Virus record (IMG/VR): IMGVR_UViG_3300042691_044733
Location: 1 to 64,000 of that record
Length of the DNA: 64,000 bases
Direction: 5' to 3' (one strand)
From: a virus
The position numbers were made by a program, and so were the translations under genes. Shown here piece after piece: positions 48,214-58,034 of the stretch. The notes beneath the pieces are model-generated. The model worked only from the letters and a program-made list of their open reading frames with translations. It had not been told where the DNA came from and did not search any database. Each line of letters starts with the position of its first letter. Positions within the stretch are counted from its first letter, which is position 1.

Positions 48214-48779
48214 TAGATTTAAATGTACCACTTAAAAAAAGTTTTACAACTTATATTGGAGTGGATATTGGTAAAAAAGGTGGTATATGTGTAATGAATT
48301 CAGATAATGAAACTTACAAATTACACAAAATACCAATAAAATTAAATGACATAGATATTCCATTCATTAAAGATATACTAGAAAATATAGTTACTTCTCA
48401 TTTTAACAAAGAAGGTTCTAAAGTAGTATTGATTTTTGAAAAGTTAGGATTGATCTATGGCAGTTCAAAAGCAACTGCATTTTCAATGGGATATCAATCT
48501 GGAATATTTGAAGGTATTGGAATTTCTCTTGGATGCGAAGTAATAAAAATTCCTGCTGTTAAATGGCAAAAGGAAATGTTTAAAGAAATACCAGAACAAA
48601 AGAAACCTTTTGGGAAAAGAGATACAAAAAAAATGGCATTAGAGGCTGCAAAAAAAATTATCAAGAGTAAAAAAGTTACAGAAAATTTTATAATTGGTGG
48701 TAAAAGAATTAAAATTCCACATGACGGATTAGTTGATGCTTTTTTAATTGCACAATATGCTAAAAATTTAAATTTATGA
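48210..48779 (+). CDS. RuvC-like Holliday junction resolvase
   Basis: IGVDIGKKGG, IFEK, P..WQK and HDGLVDA motifs. Confidence 0.8.
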   Translation: MIDLNVPLKKSFTTYIGVDIGKKGGICVMNSDNETYKLHKIPIKLNDIDIPFIKDILENIVTSHFNKEGSKVVLIFEKLGLIYGSSKATAFSMGYQSGIFEGIGISLGCEVIKIPAVKWQKEMFKEIPEQKKPFGKRDTKKMALEAAKKIIKSKKVTENFIIGGKRIKIPHDGLVDAFLIAQYAKNLNL

Positions 48780-49897
48780 ATGGAGAAAGATTAGCAAAAA
48801 TAATTAAAACAATGATGCTTAAATATCCATTTTATGGTTTATATGCATCAACATTAAATAAAAAATTTACAAAGGATATTAAAACTTTAGCAGTTGCAAA
48901 AAACGGAATATTTTGTGAATTACTTATTAATCCAGATTACTTAGAATCTTTACCAGAAGATTTGCAAGAAAATGCTTTAATTCATGAACTTCTTCATATT
49001 TGTTTTGAGCACCCTTATATAGCAAAAGAATATCCTAATAAAAAAGCATTTAATTATGCTGTAGATCTTGAGGTTAATTCTTATTTAGATAAGATTAAAG
49101 ATGATTGGGTTAGTGTAAACTCTCCAGAATTCAAGCATCTGAATTTAAGTCCTAAAATGGGTACTAAGTATTACTATCCTATTATGGTTCAAGAATTAAA
49201 AAATAACCCTTCATTAGGAGATAAATACCGAGATAATGATTGGAATGGTTTTGATGATTTGGATGAAGCAACAGAAAAGTTAGAAAGAGAACAATTAAGG
49301 TTTACATTAGAAAATGTTGCTGAAGAAATAAAAAAAAGCTGTGGTTCTGTTCCTGGATTTGTAGAAGAATTGCTTAAAAGTTTTCAACTTAAAAAACCAA
49401 AATTTGATTGGAAATCATATGTTAGAAAATTTGTGGGGTTTACAATTAATTATAATATAAAACGATCTAGATCTAAGGTGAATAAAAGATTTGAAGAAAA
49501 CCCAGGATTAAAACTACAAAGAAAAAAACATATAATGGTTGCAATTGATACATCTGGATCTGTTAGTTTAGAAGAGTTAAAAGAGTTTATGAATGAGATT
49601 AATCATATTCATAAAACAGGATCTGATGTTACAGTTGTTCAAGCGGATACAAGGATTAATTCAATTAAGAAATTTAATCCTAAAGAAGAAATAAAGATTG
49701 CAGGTAGAGGAGGAACTAGTTTTGAAGAAGTTTTAGAGCATTTTAATGAAAGTAAAGATTATACTGTAGGTATATACTTCACTGATGGAGAATGTAATAC
49801 AAATCAAAAAATTAAAAAACCTTTTCTGTGGGTTTTATCTTCAAAATCTCAAGATAATTCAACTTTACCAGGTAAAAGAATAATATTACCAAAATGA
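48776..49897 (+). CDS. Metallopeptidase (HExxH) plus vWA protein (DUF2201-like)
   Basis: HELLH, N.AVD.EVN, IDTSGS, GRGGT and FTDG motifs. Confidence 0.85.
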   Translation: MNGERLAKIIKTMMLKYPFYGLYASTLNKKFTKDIKTLAVAKNGIFCELLINPDYLESLPEDLQENALIHELLHICFEHPYIAKEYPNKKAFNYAVDLEVNSYLDKIKDDWVSVNSPEFKHLNLSPKMGTKYYYPIMVQELKNNPSLGDKYRDNDWNGFDDLDEATEKLEREQLRFTLENVAEEIKKSCGSVPGFVEELLKSFQLKKPKFDWKSYVRKFVGFTINYNIKRSRSKVNKRFEENPGLKLQRKKHIMVAIDTSGSVSLEELKEFMNEINHIHKTGSDVTVVQADTRINSIKKFNPKEEIKIAGRGGTSFEEVLEHFNESKDYTVGIYFTDGECNTNQKIKKPFLWVLSSKSQDNSTLPGKRIILPK

Positions 49898-50415
49898 AAT
49901 ACGTAGTAGTAGATGTAGAAGCAGACGGAGAAATTCCAGGAACAAATTGTTATTCAATGGTTTGTTTTGGTGCTGTAGTAGTAGATAAAGAAGGAAAATT
50001 TGATAAAACTTTCTATGGTAAAACCAAACCAATTAGTTCTAAATGGAAACCAGAAGCATTAAAAATCAGTGGTTTTTCTAGAGCAGAGCATTTGAAATTT
50101 GATGATCCTTATGAGGTGATGATGAATTTTAAAAATTGGTTGAAAGAACAAGATAAGTGTATTTTTATTAGTGATAATTTAGCTTTTGATTGGCAATTTA
50201 TAAATTGGTATTTTCATTATTTTACTGGAGGAAATCCATTTGGATTTTCAGGTCAAAGAATTGGAGATAAATTTCAAGGATTTTTAAATGATCCTTTTTA
50301 TAAATGGAAAAAACACAGAGAAACTTATCACGATCATAATCCTGTTAATGATGCTAAAGGAAATGCAGAAGCATTATTGTATTTATACAAACAAGGTTAT
50401 AAACTTTTTAAATAA
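49894..50415 (+). CDS. DEDDh 3'-5' exonuclease
   Basis: VDVEADG, AFDW and HNPVNDA motifs. Confidence 0.85.
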   Translation: MKYVVVDVEADGEIPGTNCYSMVCFGAVVVDKEGKFDKTFYGKTKPISSKWKPEALKISGFSRAEHLKFDDPYEVMMNFKNWLKEQDKCIFISDNLAFDWQFINWYFHYFTGGNPFGFSGQRIGDKFQGFLNDPFYKWKKHRETYHDHNPVNDAKGNAEALLYLYKQGYKLFK

Positions 50416-51587
50416 TGAAAGCAATAGAATTAAATACAAATGAATTGAAACAACTTATTCGTTTTACAATATCAAACAATAAGTTTTTACAAGACAATAA
50501 TAAAAAATCAATTTCTCTTAATGTAGTAGGAGAAGCGGGAATTGGTAAGACTGCAAGTGTAATGCAAGTTGCAGAAGAACTAAAATTAGATTGTGTAAAG
50601 TTATCTCTTTCACAATATGATGAGTTAGGAGAACTTGTTGGGTATCCTGTAAAGGAATTTGAGATACAGAAAGATGGTGAAATCAAATGGATACCAGAAT
50701 CATTATTTGACATGTATCTCAAAGACGGATATAAACCAACAGGTGAAAAAAGAATGGATCATGCATTACCAGATTGGATCCAAGGTAAAAAAGAGAATGG
50801 TATATTGTTTTTGGATGATTTTAGTAGATGTAATCCTTTGTTTATGCAAGCAATTATGGAATTGATTCATGAACAAACTTATGCATCTTGGAAATTACCT
50901 AAAGGATGGACTATTATACTTAGTTCAAATCCTGAAGGAGGTGACTATTTTGTAAGTTCAATGGATGATGCTATGAAAACAAGATTCATTAATGTCAATT
51001 TAAAATTTGATGTTAAGAATTGGGCAGAGTGGGCAGAACATGACATGATTGATACAAGATGTATTAATTTTGCATTGTTACATCCTGAAATATTTACAAC
51101 TAAAACAAATGCACGTTCTCTAACTAATTTCTATAATGCAATTAGTTCAGTTAATAATTTTGAGGATTCTTTACCGCTTATTAAAATTATTGGAGAAGGT
51201 AGTATTGGACCAGAAGCAACAACTTTGTTTACAATATTTATCTCACAAAAATTAGATAAATTAATTTCTCCAGACCAGATCATTTATGAAGATAACTGGG
51301 AATCTGTTAGAAGATCTTTAATTTCCTGTGTTGGAAAAGGAGATTCAAAACGAATGGATATTTCAAGTTTATTAGCTACAAGAATTGAAAATTATTTAAT
51401 TCATGTAGTTTCTAAAAAAGCTGTTTCTGAAGATATTATCAAAAGAGTTAAAGAAATTCTTAAAGATGAAGAGATTTTCACTAATGATTTAAAGTACAAA
51501 ATGACTAAGAATATTATAAATGGTGATCGAATTAAATTTCAAAAATTATTAATGGATAGTGAAATAATGAAAATAACTGTAAAATAA
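50415..51587 (+). CDS. AAA+ ATPase (partner of DUF2201-like protein)
   Basis: GEAGIGKT, FLDDFSR, SSNP and AMKTRF motifs. Confidence 0.85.
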   Translation: MKAIELNTNELKQLIRFTISNNKFLQDNNKKSISLNVVGEAGIGKTASVMQVAEELKLDCVKLSLSQYDELGELVGYPVKEFEIQKDGEIKWIPESLFDMYLKDGYKPTGEKRMDHALPDWIQGKKENGILFLDDFSRCNPLFMQAIMELIHEQTYASWKLPKGWTIILSSNPEGGDYFVSSMDDAMKTRFINVNLKFDVKNWAEWAEHDMIDTRCINFALLHPEIFTTKTNARSLTNFYNAISSVNNFEDSLPLIKIIGEGSIGPEATTLFTIFISQKLDKLISPDQIIYEDNWESVRRSLISCVGKGDSKRMDISSLLATRIENYLIHVVSKKAVSEDIIKRVKEILKDEEIFTNDLKYKMTKNIINGDRIKFQKLLMDSEIMKITVK

Positions 51588-52783
51588 TGAAAAGAGAAAT
51601 TTCCGCAATAACTAATTTAAATGATTTGACTAGTTTAGATACAGTAAATGTTTTTGAAACTTTGCAAATAAATAAAATTACAGGTGCTATACATAAAGAT
51701 ATTAAACAAATTTATAGGTTTGAAACAGGCACTTTATTAAGAAACTGTAATAGTTTAATTTCTGATAGGTCAAATTTATTATCTGATACTGAAATTGTTA
51801 GAGATAAAAAAGTATGTTTTTTAAAAGGTTGTGTTTTTCCAAGGTATAAGCTAGCTGATTTAAAACTCTCTCACAATCTTTCTGTTGTGAGAGATTCTGA
51901 TAAGGCAGATTTCTTATGTATTGATAATAAGTTTTTACTGGAAGATCATTTGTATGAATATATATCTTTAAAAGATTTTATTGATAATTTAAGACCTTAT
52001 AGTGTTACTTCATTTTCTAAAAAAGCAATAACTTGGAGAGACAATATTTCATCAGAATTGAATTTTTTAAAAACAGCAATTTATAATTTTTTAGAAAACA
52101 AAATTGATGTTAATATTTTTATAAAAGTTAATGAAGCAAGTAAATTCATTGATGATCTTTATCATGTATTATATATTACACACATTTTAGATAATAAAGT
52201 TTATCATTTAAATGCTGGTTTTAATAGACATTTTTATAGCTCTCAGTATATAAAAGGATTTGATAAAATAACATTTGACCAAATTAAAGATAAGTTTGAT
52301 AATAATAAATTGATTAATACAAATCTTTTTAATAGATTGACTTCTTCATCCTATATAACAGATGATGTTTACAAACAACTTGATCAAATGTTAAATAGTA
52401 GTGATAAAGATAATCATGAATTAGCAATTGTTTTGATTTCTAATTGTGATTATCAAAAAAGTGCTTTTTATTATGTACTTTTATGGAGAAAACACTATAA
52501 CAAAATGGCTAGAACAAAAGCTTTTAAATCTGTAGGAATGAAAACATTTTTACAGAATTTTCCAGAATCAATGAATAGGTTTATTTATGGTAATTTAACA
52601 TCTCATATAAAAGATATAATAAGTTATAAAACTCCAATTATTTTTAAAGAACACTTACCACTTTTAAAAAGCATACTTACTGATGAAATATTAGATTCTT
52701 TACGTCTTGATAAAAGTATAGTTTCTTTTGAAGGTTTGAAGTTTACAATAGATGTGCCATCTGAAACAGACATAATATCATAA
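51587..52783 (+). CDS. Hypothetical protein
   Basis: ORF track. Confidence 0.7.
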   Translation: MKREISAITNLNDLTSLDTVNVFETLQINKITGAIHKDIKQIYRFETGTLLRNCNSLISDRSNLLSDTEIVRDKKVCFLKGCVFPRYKLADLKLSHNLSVVRDSDKADFLCIDNKFLLEDHLYEYISLKDFIDNLRPYSVTSFSKKAITWRDNISSELNFLKTAIYNFLENKIDVNIFIKVNEASKFIDDLYHVLYITHILDNKVYHLNAGFNRHFYSSQYIKGFDKITFDQIKDKFDNNKLINTNLFNRLTSSSYITDDVYKQLDQMLNSSDKDNHELAIVLISNCDYQKSAFYYVLLWRKHYNKMARTKAFKSVGMKTFLQNFPESMNRFIYGNLTSHIKDIISYKTPIIFKEHLPLLKSILTDEILDSLRLDKSIVSFEGLKFTIDVPSETDIIS

Positions 52784-52785
52784 AT

Positions 52786-53769
52786 ATGAATACTAAATTT
52801 TATTTTAGTTATTCTTCAATATCTAAACTTCTTTACAATCCGTGGGTATTTTATAACTATTACATTCTTAATAATAGGGATGATAAAGTTTCAAATGCCA
52901 CCACGGATGGTAAGTTGATTCACTGTTTATTACTTTCTGAAGAAGACTTTCATAATCAATTTGTAGTATCGCCAGATAAGATACCCTCTGGGCCTACAGC
53001 AGATTTGATTAAAACAATTTTTAAAGAAGTATCTTCTCAAGAAGATTATGATGATAGAAAAAAATTAGAAGATTACAAAGATTTGATACTAAGAGAATTA
53101 GTTACAATTAATTTACATCAAAAATTATTGACAGATGAACAAAGAGTTGATAAAATAATAACTGAAGACAACCAAAAATACTTTGAATTTTTAAAAGAAC
53201 AAAGCAAAAAAATACTGGTCCCTGTAGAAGTTTATAATAAGTGCTTTTATATCAAGAATTTACTAAGCAAACACGAAAAAGTTAAAAAATTATTAAATCT
53301 AGATAATAATCCTGATTTAATTACTTACAATGAGTTATCTTTGCGTGCTGATGACTCAGTAAATTTTGATAAGTCATATGGTATTCAAGGTATATTGGAT
53401 AATCTTACTATAGATAGAATTAATAAAGTAATAACTATTAATGATATAAAAACCACTAGTAAAACATTACAAGAGTTTCAAAGTTCAATTGATTACTATA
53501 AATATTGGTTACAAGCAAGTATTTATATAATGCTTGTTTCTTATAATAAAAAATTTTTTGGACTTGATGAACAAGATATATATAATTTAAAATTTAATTT
53601 TATCACTATTGATAAATATAATCAAATTTATTGTTTTCCTGTTTCAAATGAAACTTTAACTAGTTGGTTTTCAAATACTCAAAAAGTATTTGAAATTGTA
53701 GATTTTCATTATAATTTTAATAGATATGATTTACCTTATGAGTACGCTTTAGAAAAGGTAATATTATAA
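52786..53769 (+). CDS. PD-(D/E)XK exonuclease (RecE/Cas4-like)
   Basis: SYSSI, G.LIH, GILD...NDIKTT and Y.LQ..IY motifs. Confidence 0.85.
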   Translation: MNTKFYFSYSSISKLLYNPWVFYNYYILNNRDDKVSNATTDGKLIHCLLLSEEDFHNQFVVSPDKIPSGPTADLIKTIFKEVSSQEDYDDRKKLEDYKDLILRELVTINLHQKLLTDEQRVDKIITEDNQKYFEFLKEQSKKILVPVEVYNKCFYIKNLLSKHEKVKKLLNLDNNPDLITYNELSLRADDSVNFDKSYGIQGILDNLTIDRINKVITINDIKTTSKTLQEFQSSIDYYKYWLQASIYIMLVSYNKKFFGLDEQDIYNLKFNFITIDKYNQIYCFPVSNETLTSWFSNTQKVFEIVDFHYNFNRYDLPYEYALEKVIL

Positions 53770-53779
53770 ATAAAACTAT

Positions 53780-54337
53780 ATGAAAGATGTGTATAAAGAC
53801 TATTTCCAGAAATCTAAAATATTTTTATTTCCTCAACTGGATTTAGGTAAAGGTTCTATAAAACCATTGAGTACTTATACAAGTATTCCTGAAGTTATTG
53901 CACCTGAAGATTATAAATTGTTATGTCTTTATCAACTAAGAACTGATAAAGAATTCTTAAAATTTGAAAAAACTAAATTGTTTAAACATCATAGATTTGA
54001 AAGTTTTAGAGAACTAGTATCTGGCGAAGGTTTATATATTTTTGATTTTCAGGATCAAAAGAAGAATTTTGATTACTTCTACGAAGGAAAATATTCTAAA
54101 CTTGATGATAATTTCAAACAAAATATCATAAACTATTATGTTAATAAATCTTCATTTAATCTAGTTGATAGTTACATTAATCCACATAACTATTATGAGA
54201 TTTACTCAAAATTATTATTGTGCCCAGTTAGTGTATTAAAAGAGACTGTAGAGCTATGTGATAAACCAGATTTAAAGAGAGAAGCTTTACAAACTGTTTT
54301 TAAAAAATTTGACTTAAAAAACAAAATAAATATATGA
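53780..54337 (+). CDS. Hypothetical protein
   Basis: ORF track. Confidence 0.7.
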   Translation: MKDVYKDYFQKSKIFLFPQLDLGKGSIKPLSTYTSIPEVIAPEDYKLLCLYQLRTDKEFLKFEKTKLFKHHRFESFRELVSGEGLYIFDFQDQKKNFDYFYEGKYSKLDDNFKQNIINYYVNKSSFNLVDSYINPHNYYEIYSKLLLCPVSVLKETVELCDKPDLKREALQTVFKKFDLKNKINI

Positions 54338-54738
54338 CAAATTCAATGATGTATGTAACTACAACTTGGAATAAAAAACCAAGTTTTAGATTAATACCAA
54401 TTACAGATACTTGTCCTTACATTGAATGTATTTTTGATGCTGAGGCAAAAGTTTTGGTTGTAGTATCAAAACTAAAAAAAGACCAATTTCACATGATCCC
54501 AAAATTGGACGATAATGGAGATATTGTTCAGAGAAGAATAAAAACTTCTCCTGAAGATAATCCTTTCAAACAAGAAAGGAAGCTAATTGAAACTTATCAA
54601 GAATATTATATTATTGATAAAAGAGAAATTCTTGATTTCTTGGACATGGCTGTAGAGAATAAAAACAATGCTGGTTACAAACAAGTTGCCTCAATGTTTG
54701 AAGAACCTACTGCAAAACTGGAAATTGTAACTCCATAA
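54334..54738 (+). CDS. Hypothetical protein
   Basis: ORF track. Confidence 0.7.
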   Translation: MTNSMMYVTTTWNKKPSFRLIPITDTCPYIECIFDAEAKVLVVVSKLKKDQFHMIPKLDDNGDIVQRRIKTSPEDNPFKQERKLIETYQEYYIIDKREILDFLDMAVENKNNAGYKQVASMFEEPTAKLEIVTP

Positions 54739-54749
54739 TATTAACAAAA

Positions 54750-56750
54750 ATGAAAACTATTTATGTAATGGACTATGAAACAATGATTAATTTCTTTTGT
54801 GGGGTATTTGTAAATATCAAAACAAAAGAAAAAAAAGTATTTGTTGTTCATAGATCTAGAAATGATATTATTGAACTTTTAAAGTTTTTAAAAGAAAATA
54901 AAAAAAATAATGATTATCATGTTAGCATAAATGGTATGGCATTTGATGCTCAAATTACTGAGTTTTTGTTAAAGTTTGATGAAACAGCTTTTGAATCTGG
55001 TGATCCTGAAATGATTGCTAATGAATTATATGATTTTGCACAAAGTGTAATATCAGCAAAGAATAATGATGAATATTTACCATTTAAAACTTGGGAGTAC
55101 TCAATTAATCAAATAGACTTATTTCTTATGAGGCACTGGAACAACCCTGCTAAATCTTGCTCATTAAAATGGGCACAGTATAGTATGGATTGGTATAATA
55201 TTCAGGAAATGCCTTATAAGCATTATGAGTTTATTGTTGATGATTATAAAGTAAAAGAAATCGTTGATTACTGTATAAATGACTGTTTATCTACGTTAGA
55301 GGTATATAACTCTTCAAGAAAAGAATTAATACTTAGAAGAGATTTAAGTAATGAATACGGTAAAGATTTGTTAAGTGCTTCTGAACCTGGTATTAGTAAA
55401 GAAATATTCTTGTATTTCCTTAGTAAGAAAACAGGATTACCAGAAAAGCTGTTAAAAAAGTTAAGAACTTATAGAGATGAAATAGTTGTTAATGATATAT
55501 TACTTGATTTTATAGAATTTCAAACTCCAGAATTTAAAAAAATTCATGAGAAATTCAAAAAACTAGTAATAGATCCTTCAAAAACAAAAGGCAATTTTAA
55601 AGAAAGTCTAACTTTTAAGAACTGCGATATTGAATTTGCACAAGGTGGAATTCATGGAGCAAGAGCTGAAGGTGTTTATTCATCTACAGATGACATGGTT
55701 ATAGTTTCAAGTGACTTTGTTAGTTATTATCCGAGGTTAGTAATAACAAATAACTGGAGTCCAAAACACTTAGATCAAAGTATATTTTGTGAACAATACG
55801 AATGGTTCTTTAATGAAAGAATAAAAATTCCCAAATCAGATCCGCGTAATTATGTTTATAAAATTATTCTTAATAGTACGTTTGGTTTAAGTATGGATGA
55901 AAATAGTTTTTTGTATGATCCTTTATTAGGAATGAGAATAACTTTAAATGGTCAACTAGTTTTGGCAATGTTTTTTGAAAAAGTACTACTTGCTATAGAA
56001 GGATCTAAACCATTGATGATTAATACTGATGGTCTTGAAATATTAATTCCAAGAAATAAAGTAGATGAGTATTACAAAATGGCAAAAGAGTTTGAAGAAT
56101 TAACAAAAATGACTTTTGAACACGAGTTTTATGATAAACTTATACTTAGAGATGTAAATAATTACATAGGTATTTATAAAAAGAAAGAAGTAAATTCAGA
56201 AACTTATGCAAATAGTCTAACTGAAACTCCAGAGTTTGTTCATACACAAGAAGGTAATAAGTTTTTTATACAAAAAACAAAGTGTAAAGGGGCATTTGAA
56301 TTTAAAAACTTACCATTGCATAAAAATAAAAGCTTCTTAATTATAAGAAAAGCTATATATGATTACTTTGTAAAAGGTATTTCAGTAGAAACTACTATAA
56401 AATCAAGTAAAAACTTATTTGATTTTTGTGGAGGTGTTAAATCTAAAGGTGAATGGGAAGTTTATTCTAGGTGTATAAAAGGAATAAATGTAACAGAAAG
56501 ACCTTTGCAAAAAGTAACAAGATATTTTGTTACAAATAAATATGAAGCTAAATGTCATATTTATAGAAAAAATAGGATAGATGGTAGAGAAATCTACGTA
56601 ATATCAGATCCTTCAGTATCATTGAAAGAATTAAATGTTTATGATGAAACAGAAATAAACAATGTTAATTATCAATGGTATATTTCAAAATCAAAAGATG
56701 AGATAGAAAACATCTTAAAAATTAATATAAACCAATATAAATTATTTTAA
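54750..56750 (+). CDS. Family B DNA polymerase with 3'-5' exonuclease domain
   Basis: MDYE, NG..FD, YCIND; SDFVSYYP, KIILNSTFG and NTDG motifs. Confidence 0.93.
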   Translation: MKTIYVMDYETMINFFCGVFVNIKTKEKKVFVVHRSRNDIIELLKFLKENKKNNDYHVSINGMAFDAQITEFLLKFDETAFESGDPEMIANELYDFAQSVISAKNNDEYLPFKTWEYSINQIDLFLMRHWNNPAKSCSLKWAQYSMDWYNIQEMPYKHYEFIVDDYKVKEIVDYCINDCLSTLEVYNSSRKELILRRDLSNEYGKDLLSASEPGISKEIFLYFLSKKTGLPEKLLKKLRTYRDEIVVNDILLDFIEFQTPEFKKIHEKFKKLVIDPSKTKGNFKESLTFKNCDIEFAQGGIHGARAEGVYSSTDDMVIVSSDFVSYYPRLVITNNWSPKHLDQSIFCEQYEWFFNERIKIPKSDPRNYVYKIILNSTFGLSMDENSFLYDPLLGMRITLNGQLVLAMFFEKVLLAIEGSKPLMINTDGLEILIPRNKVDEYYKMAKEFEELTKMTFEHEFYDKLILRDVNNYIGIYKKKEVNSETYANSLTETPEFVHTQEGNKFFIQKTKCKGAFEFKNLPLHKNKSFLIIRKAIYDYFVKGISVETTIKSSKNLFDFCGGVKSKGEWEVYSRCIKGINVTERPLQKVTRYFVTNKYEAKCHIYRKNRIDGREIYVISDPSVSLKELNVYDETEINNVNYQWYISKSKDEIENILKININQYKLF

Positions 56751-56751
56751 T

Positions 56752-57036
56752 ATGAAAATTACAAAAGGGATTCGTTTTGAAGAATCCACCCTTAATATTA
56801 TTAATGCAATTGCAGAGATTAAAAAAACAACTCCAAATAAATTTATTGAAGAGATTGTTGATGCTGTAGCAAACGGTTTTGCTAAAACTCAAGAGTATAA
56901 AACATATACTGAAACAAAAGAAAAACTTCAGGAAATGTTGAGTTCTAAAACAGAAACAGAACAATCTGAATCTACAAATGTATCAGTAGATACGGAAATG
57001 GTACATGATGCAATAGTAGGTGAAAAATCGTTTTAA
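56752..57036 (+). CDS. Hypothetical protein (RHH-like N-terminus)
   Basis: KGIRFEESTLNIINAIAEIKKTTPNKFIEEIV. Confidence 0.55.
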   Translation: MKITKGIRFEESTLNIINAIAEIKKTTPNKFIEEIVDAVANGFAKTQEYKTYTETKEKLQEMLSSKTETEQSESTNVSVDTEMVHDAIVGEKSF

Positions 57037-57038
57037 TC

Positions 57039-57419
57039 ATGACTAAACATCAGTTTGATTCGCTAATTGTAGACAGAAGATTAGAATTAATAAAAAAAAT
57101 TCTTAAGAGCAAAAATGCAGAGTATTCTTACTCTGCATCTGCTTTTGAAAATTTTGAAAAAGGAGTTGAATTAAGCATGCATGACAAAAAAGAAAAGTAT
57201 GCATGGGAACTTCTTGTTAAACATTTACAGTCTATAAAATCAATACTTGAAAATTTAAATGACAGAAAAAATCCTTCAAATGAACTTATTGAAGAAAAAT
57301 TTGGGGATGCCATCAATTATTTGATTTTATTAGAAGGAATGTTAAAAGAAAGAAACGGTTTTGAAAGTGCAATGCGCTTTGATTTAGTAAAAGAAATAAA
57401 AAATGAAAAAGCAGATTGA
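57039..57419 (+). CDS. DUF1599-like nucleotide-modification-associated protein
   Basis: KNAEY..FENF...EKFGDAINYLILL. Confidence 0.6.
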   Translation: MTKHQFDSLIVDRRLELIKKILKSKNAEYSYSASAFENFEKGVELSMHDKKEKYAWELLVKHLQSIKSILENLNDRKNPSNELIEEKFGDAINYLILLEGMLKERNGFESAMRFDLVKEIKNEKAD

Positions 57420-57810
57420 TAAAGTAAAAGAATTTCATGAAGCATTTAATGTGGATAATTCAAAAACCATGACATTATTGCCTGTAGAGGACTATACACT
57501 AAGGTATAATCTTTTAAAAGAAGAGCTTGATGAGTATATGACAGCATGTCAAAACAATAATATTGTTGAAGTTGCTGATGCACTAGGAGATCAATTATAT
57601 ATCATAATAGGTACAATGCTCAGACATGGGCTTCAAGATAAAATGGAGGAAGTATTTGATGAAATTCACTCAAGTAACATGAGTAAATTAGATGCTTCTG
57701 GAAAACCTATTTTTAGAGAAGATGGTAAAATAATGAAAAGTTCGTTGTATTTTAGACCTCAAATATCTAAAATACTAGAAAATGGAAATAATATTGCTAA
57801 TTCTAATTAG
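57403..57810 (+). CDS. MazG-like NTP pyrophosphohydrolase
   Basis: VKEFH, EELDE, VADALGDQLY and EIHSSNMSKL motifs. Confidence 0.9.
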   Translation: MKKQIDKVKEFHEAFNVDNSKTMTLLPVEDYTLRYNLLKEELDEYMTACQNNNIVEVADALGDQLYIIIGTMLRHGLQDKMEEVFDEIHSSNMSKLDASGKPIFREDGKIMKSSLYFRPQISKILENGNNIANSN

Positions 57811-57877
57811 CTTTGAATTATCAAAACAGCTTGTTAGGTCTTTTAAAAAGAAGACTTAATGTGTTTATATGTGTAGT

Positions 57878-57905
57878 AAAAAGGGAGGTTAATTCCTCCC
57901 TTTTT
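57878..57905. terminator. Bidirectional terminator at the convergence point
   Basis: AAAAAGGGAGG-ttaatt-CCTCCCTTTTT. Confidence 0.8.
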
Positions 57906-57908
57906 ATT

Positions 57909-58034
57909 TTATCTACCTTGACCTTTGTATTTCTTAGTATAATATTTACTTTTTTTACTATTACTAGATTTCTTTTTAGTGTGAACTCCTGTTTTTCTTT
58001 TTGAAGGTTTTGGTGAAAAGTTGTTAGTTTTCAT
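57909..58034 (-). CDS. 41-aa highly basic peptide; not in the ORF track
   Basis: MKTNNFSPKPSKRKTGVHTKKKSSNSKKSKYYTKKYKGQGR; ATGA-coupled to the giant gene. Confidence 0.65.
   Translation of the reverse strand: MKTNNFSPKPSKRKTGVHTKKKSSNSKKSKYYTKKYKGQGR

Noticed and set aside
52786-53769. Cas4 of a CRISPR adaptation module
   Set aside because: No Fe-S Cys cluster is evident and it sits in the replication module; a generic phage PD-(D/E)XK exonuclease fits better.
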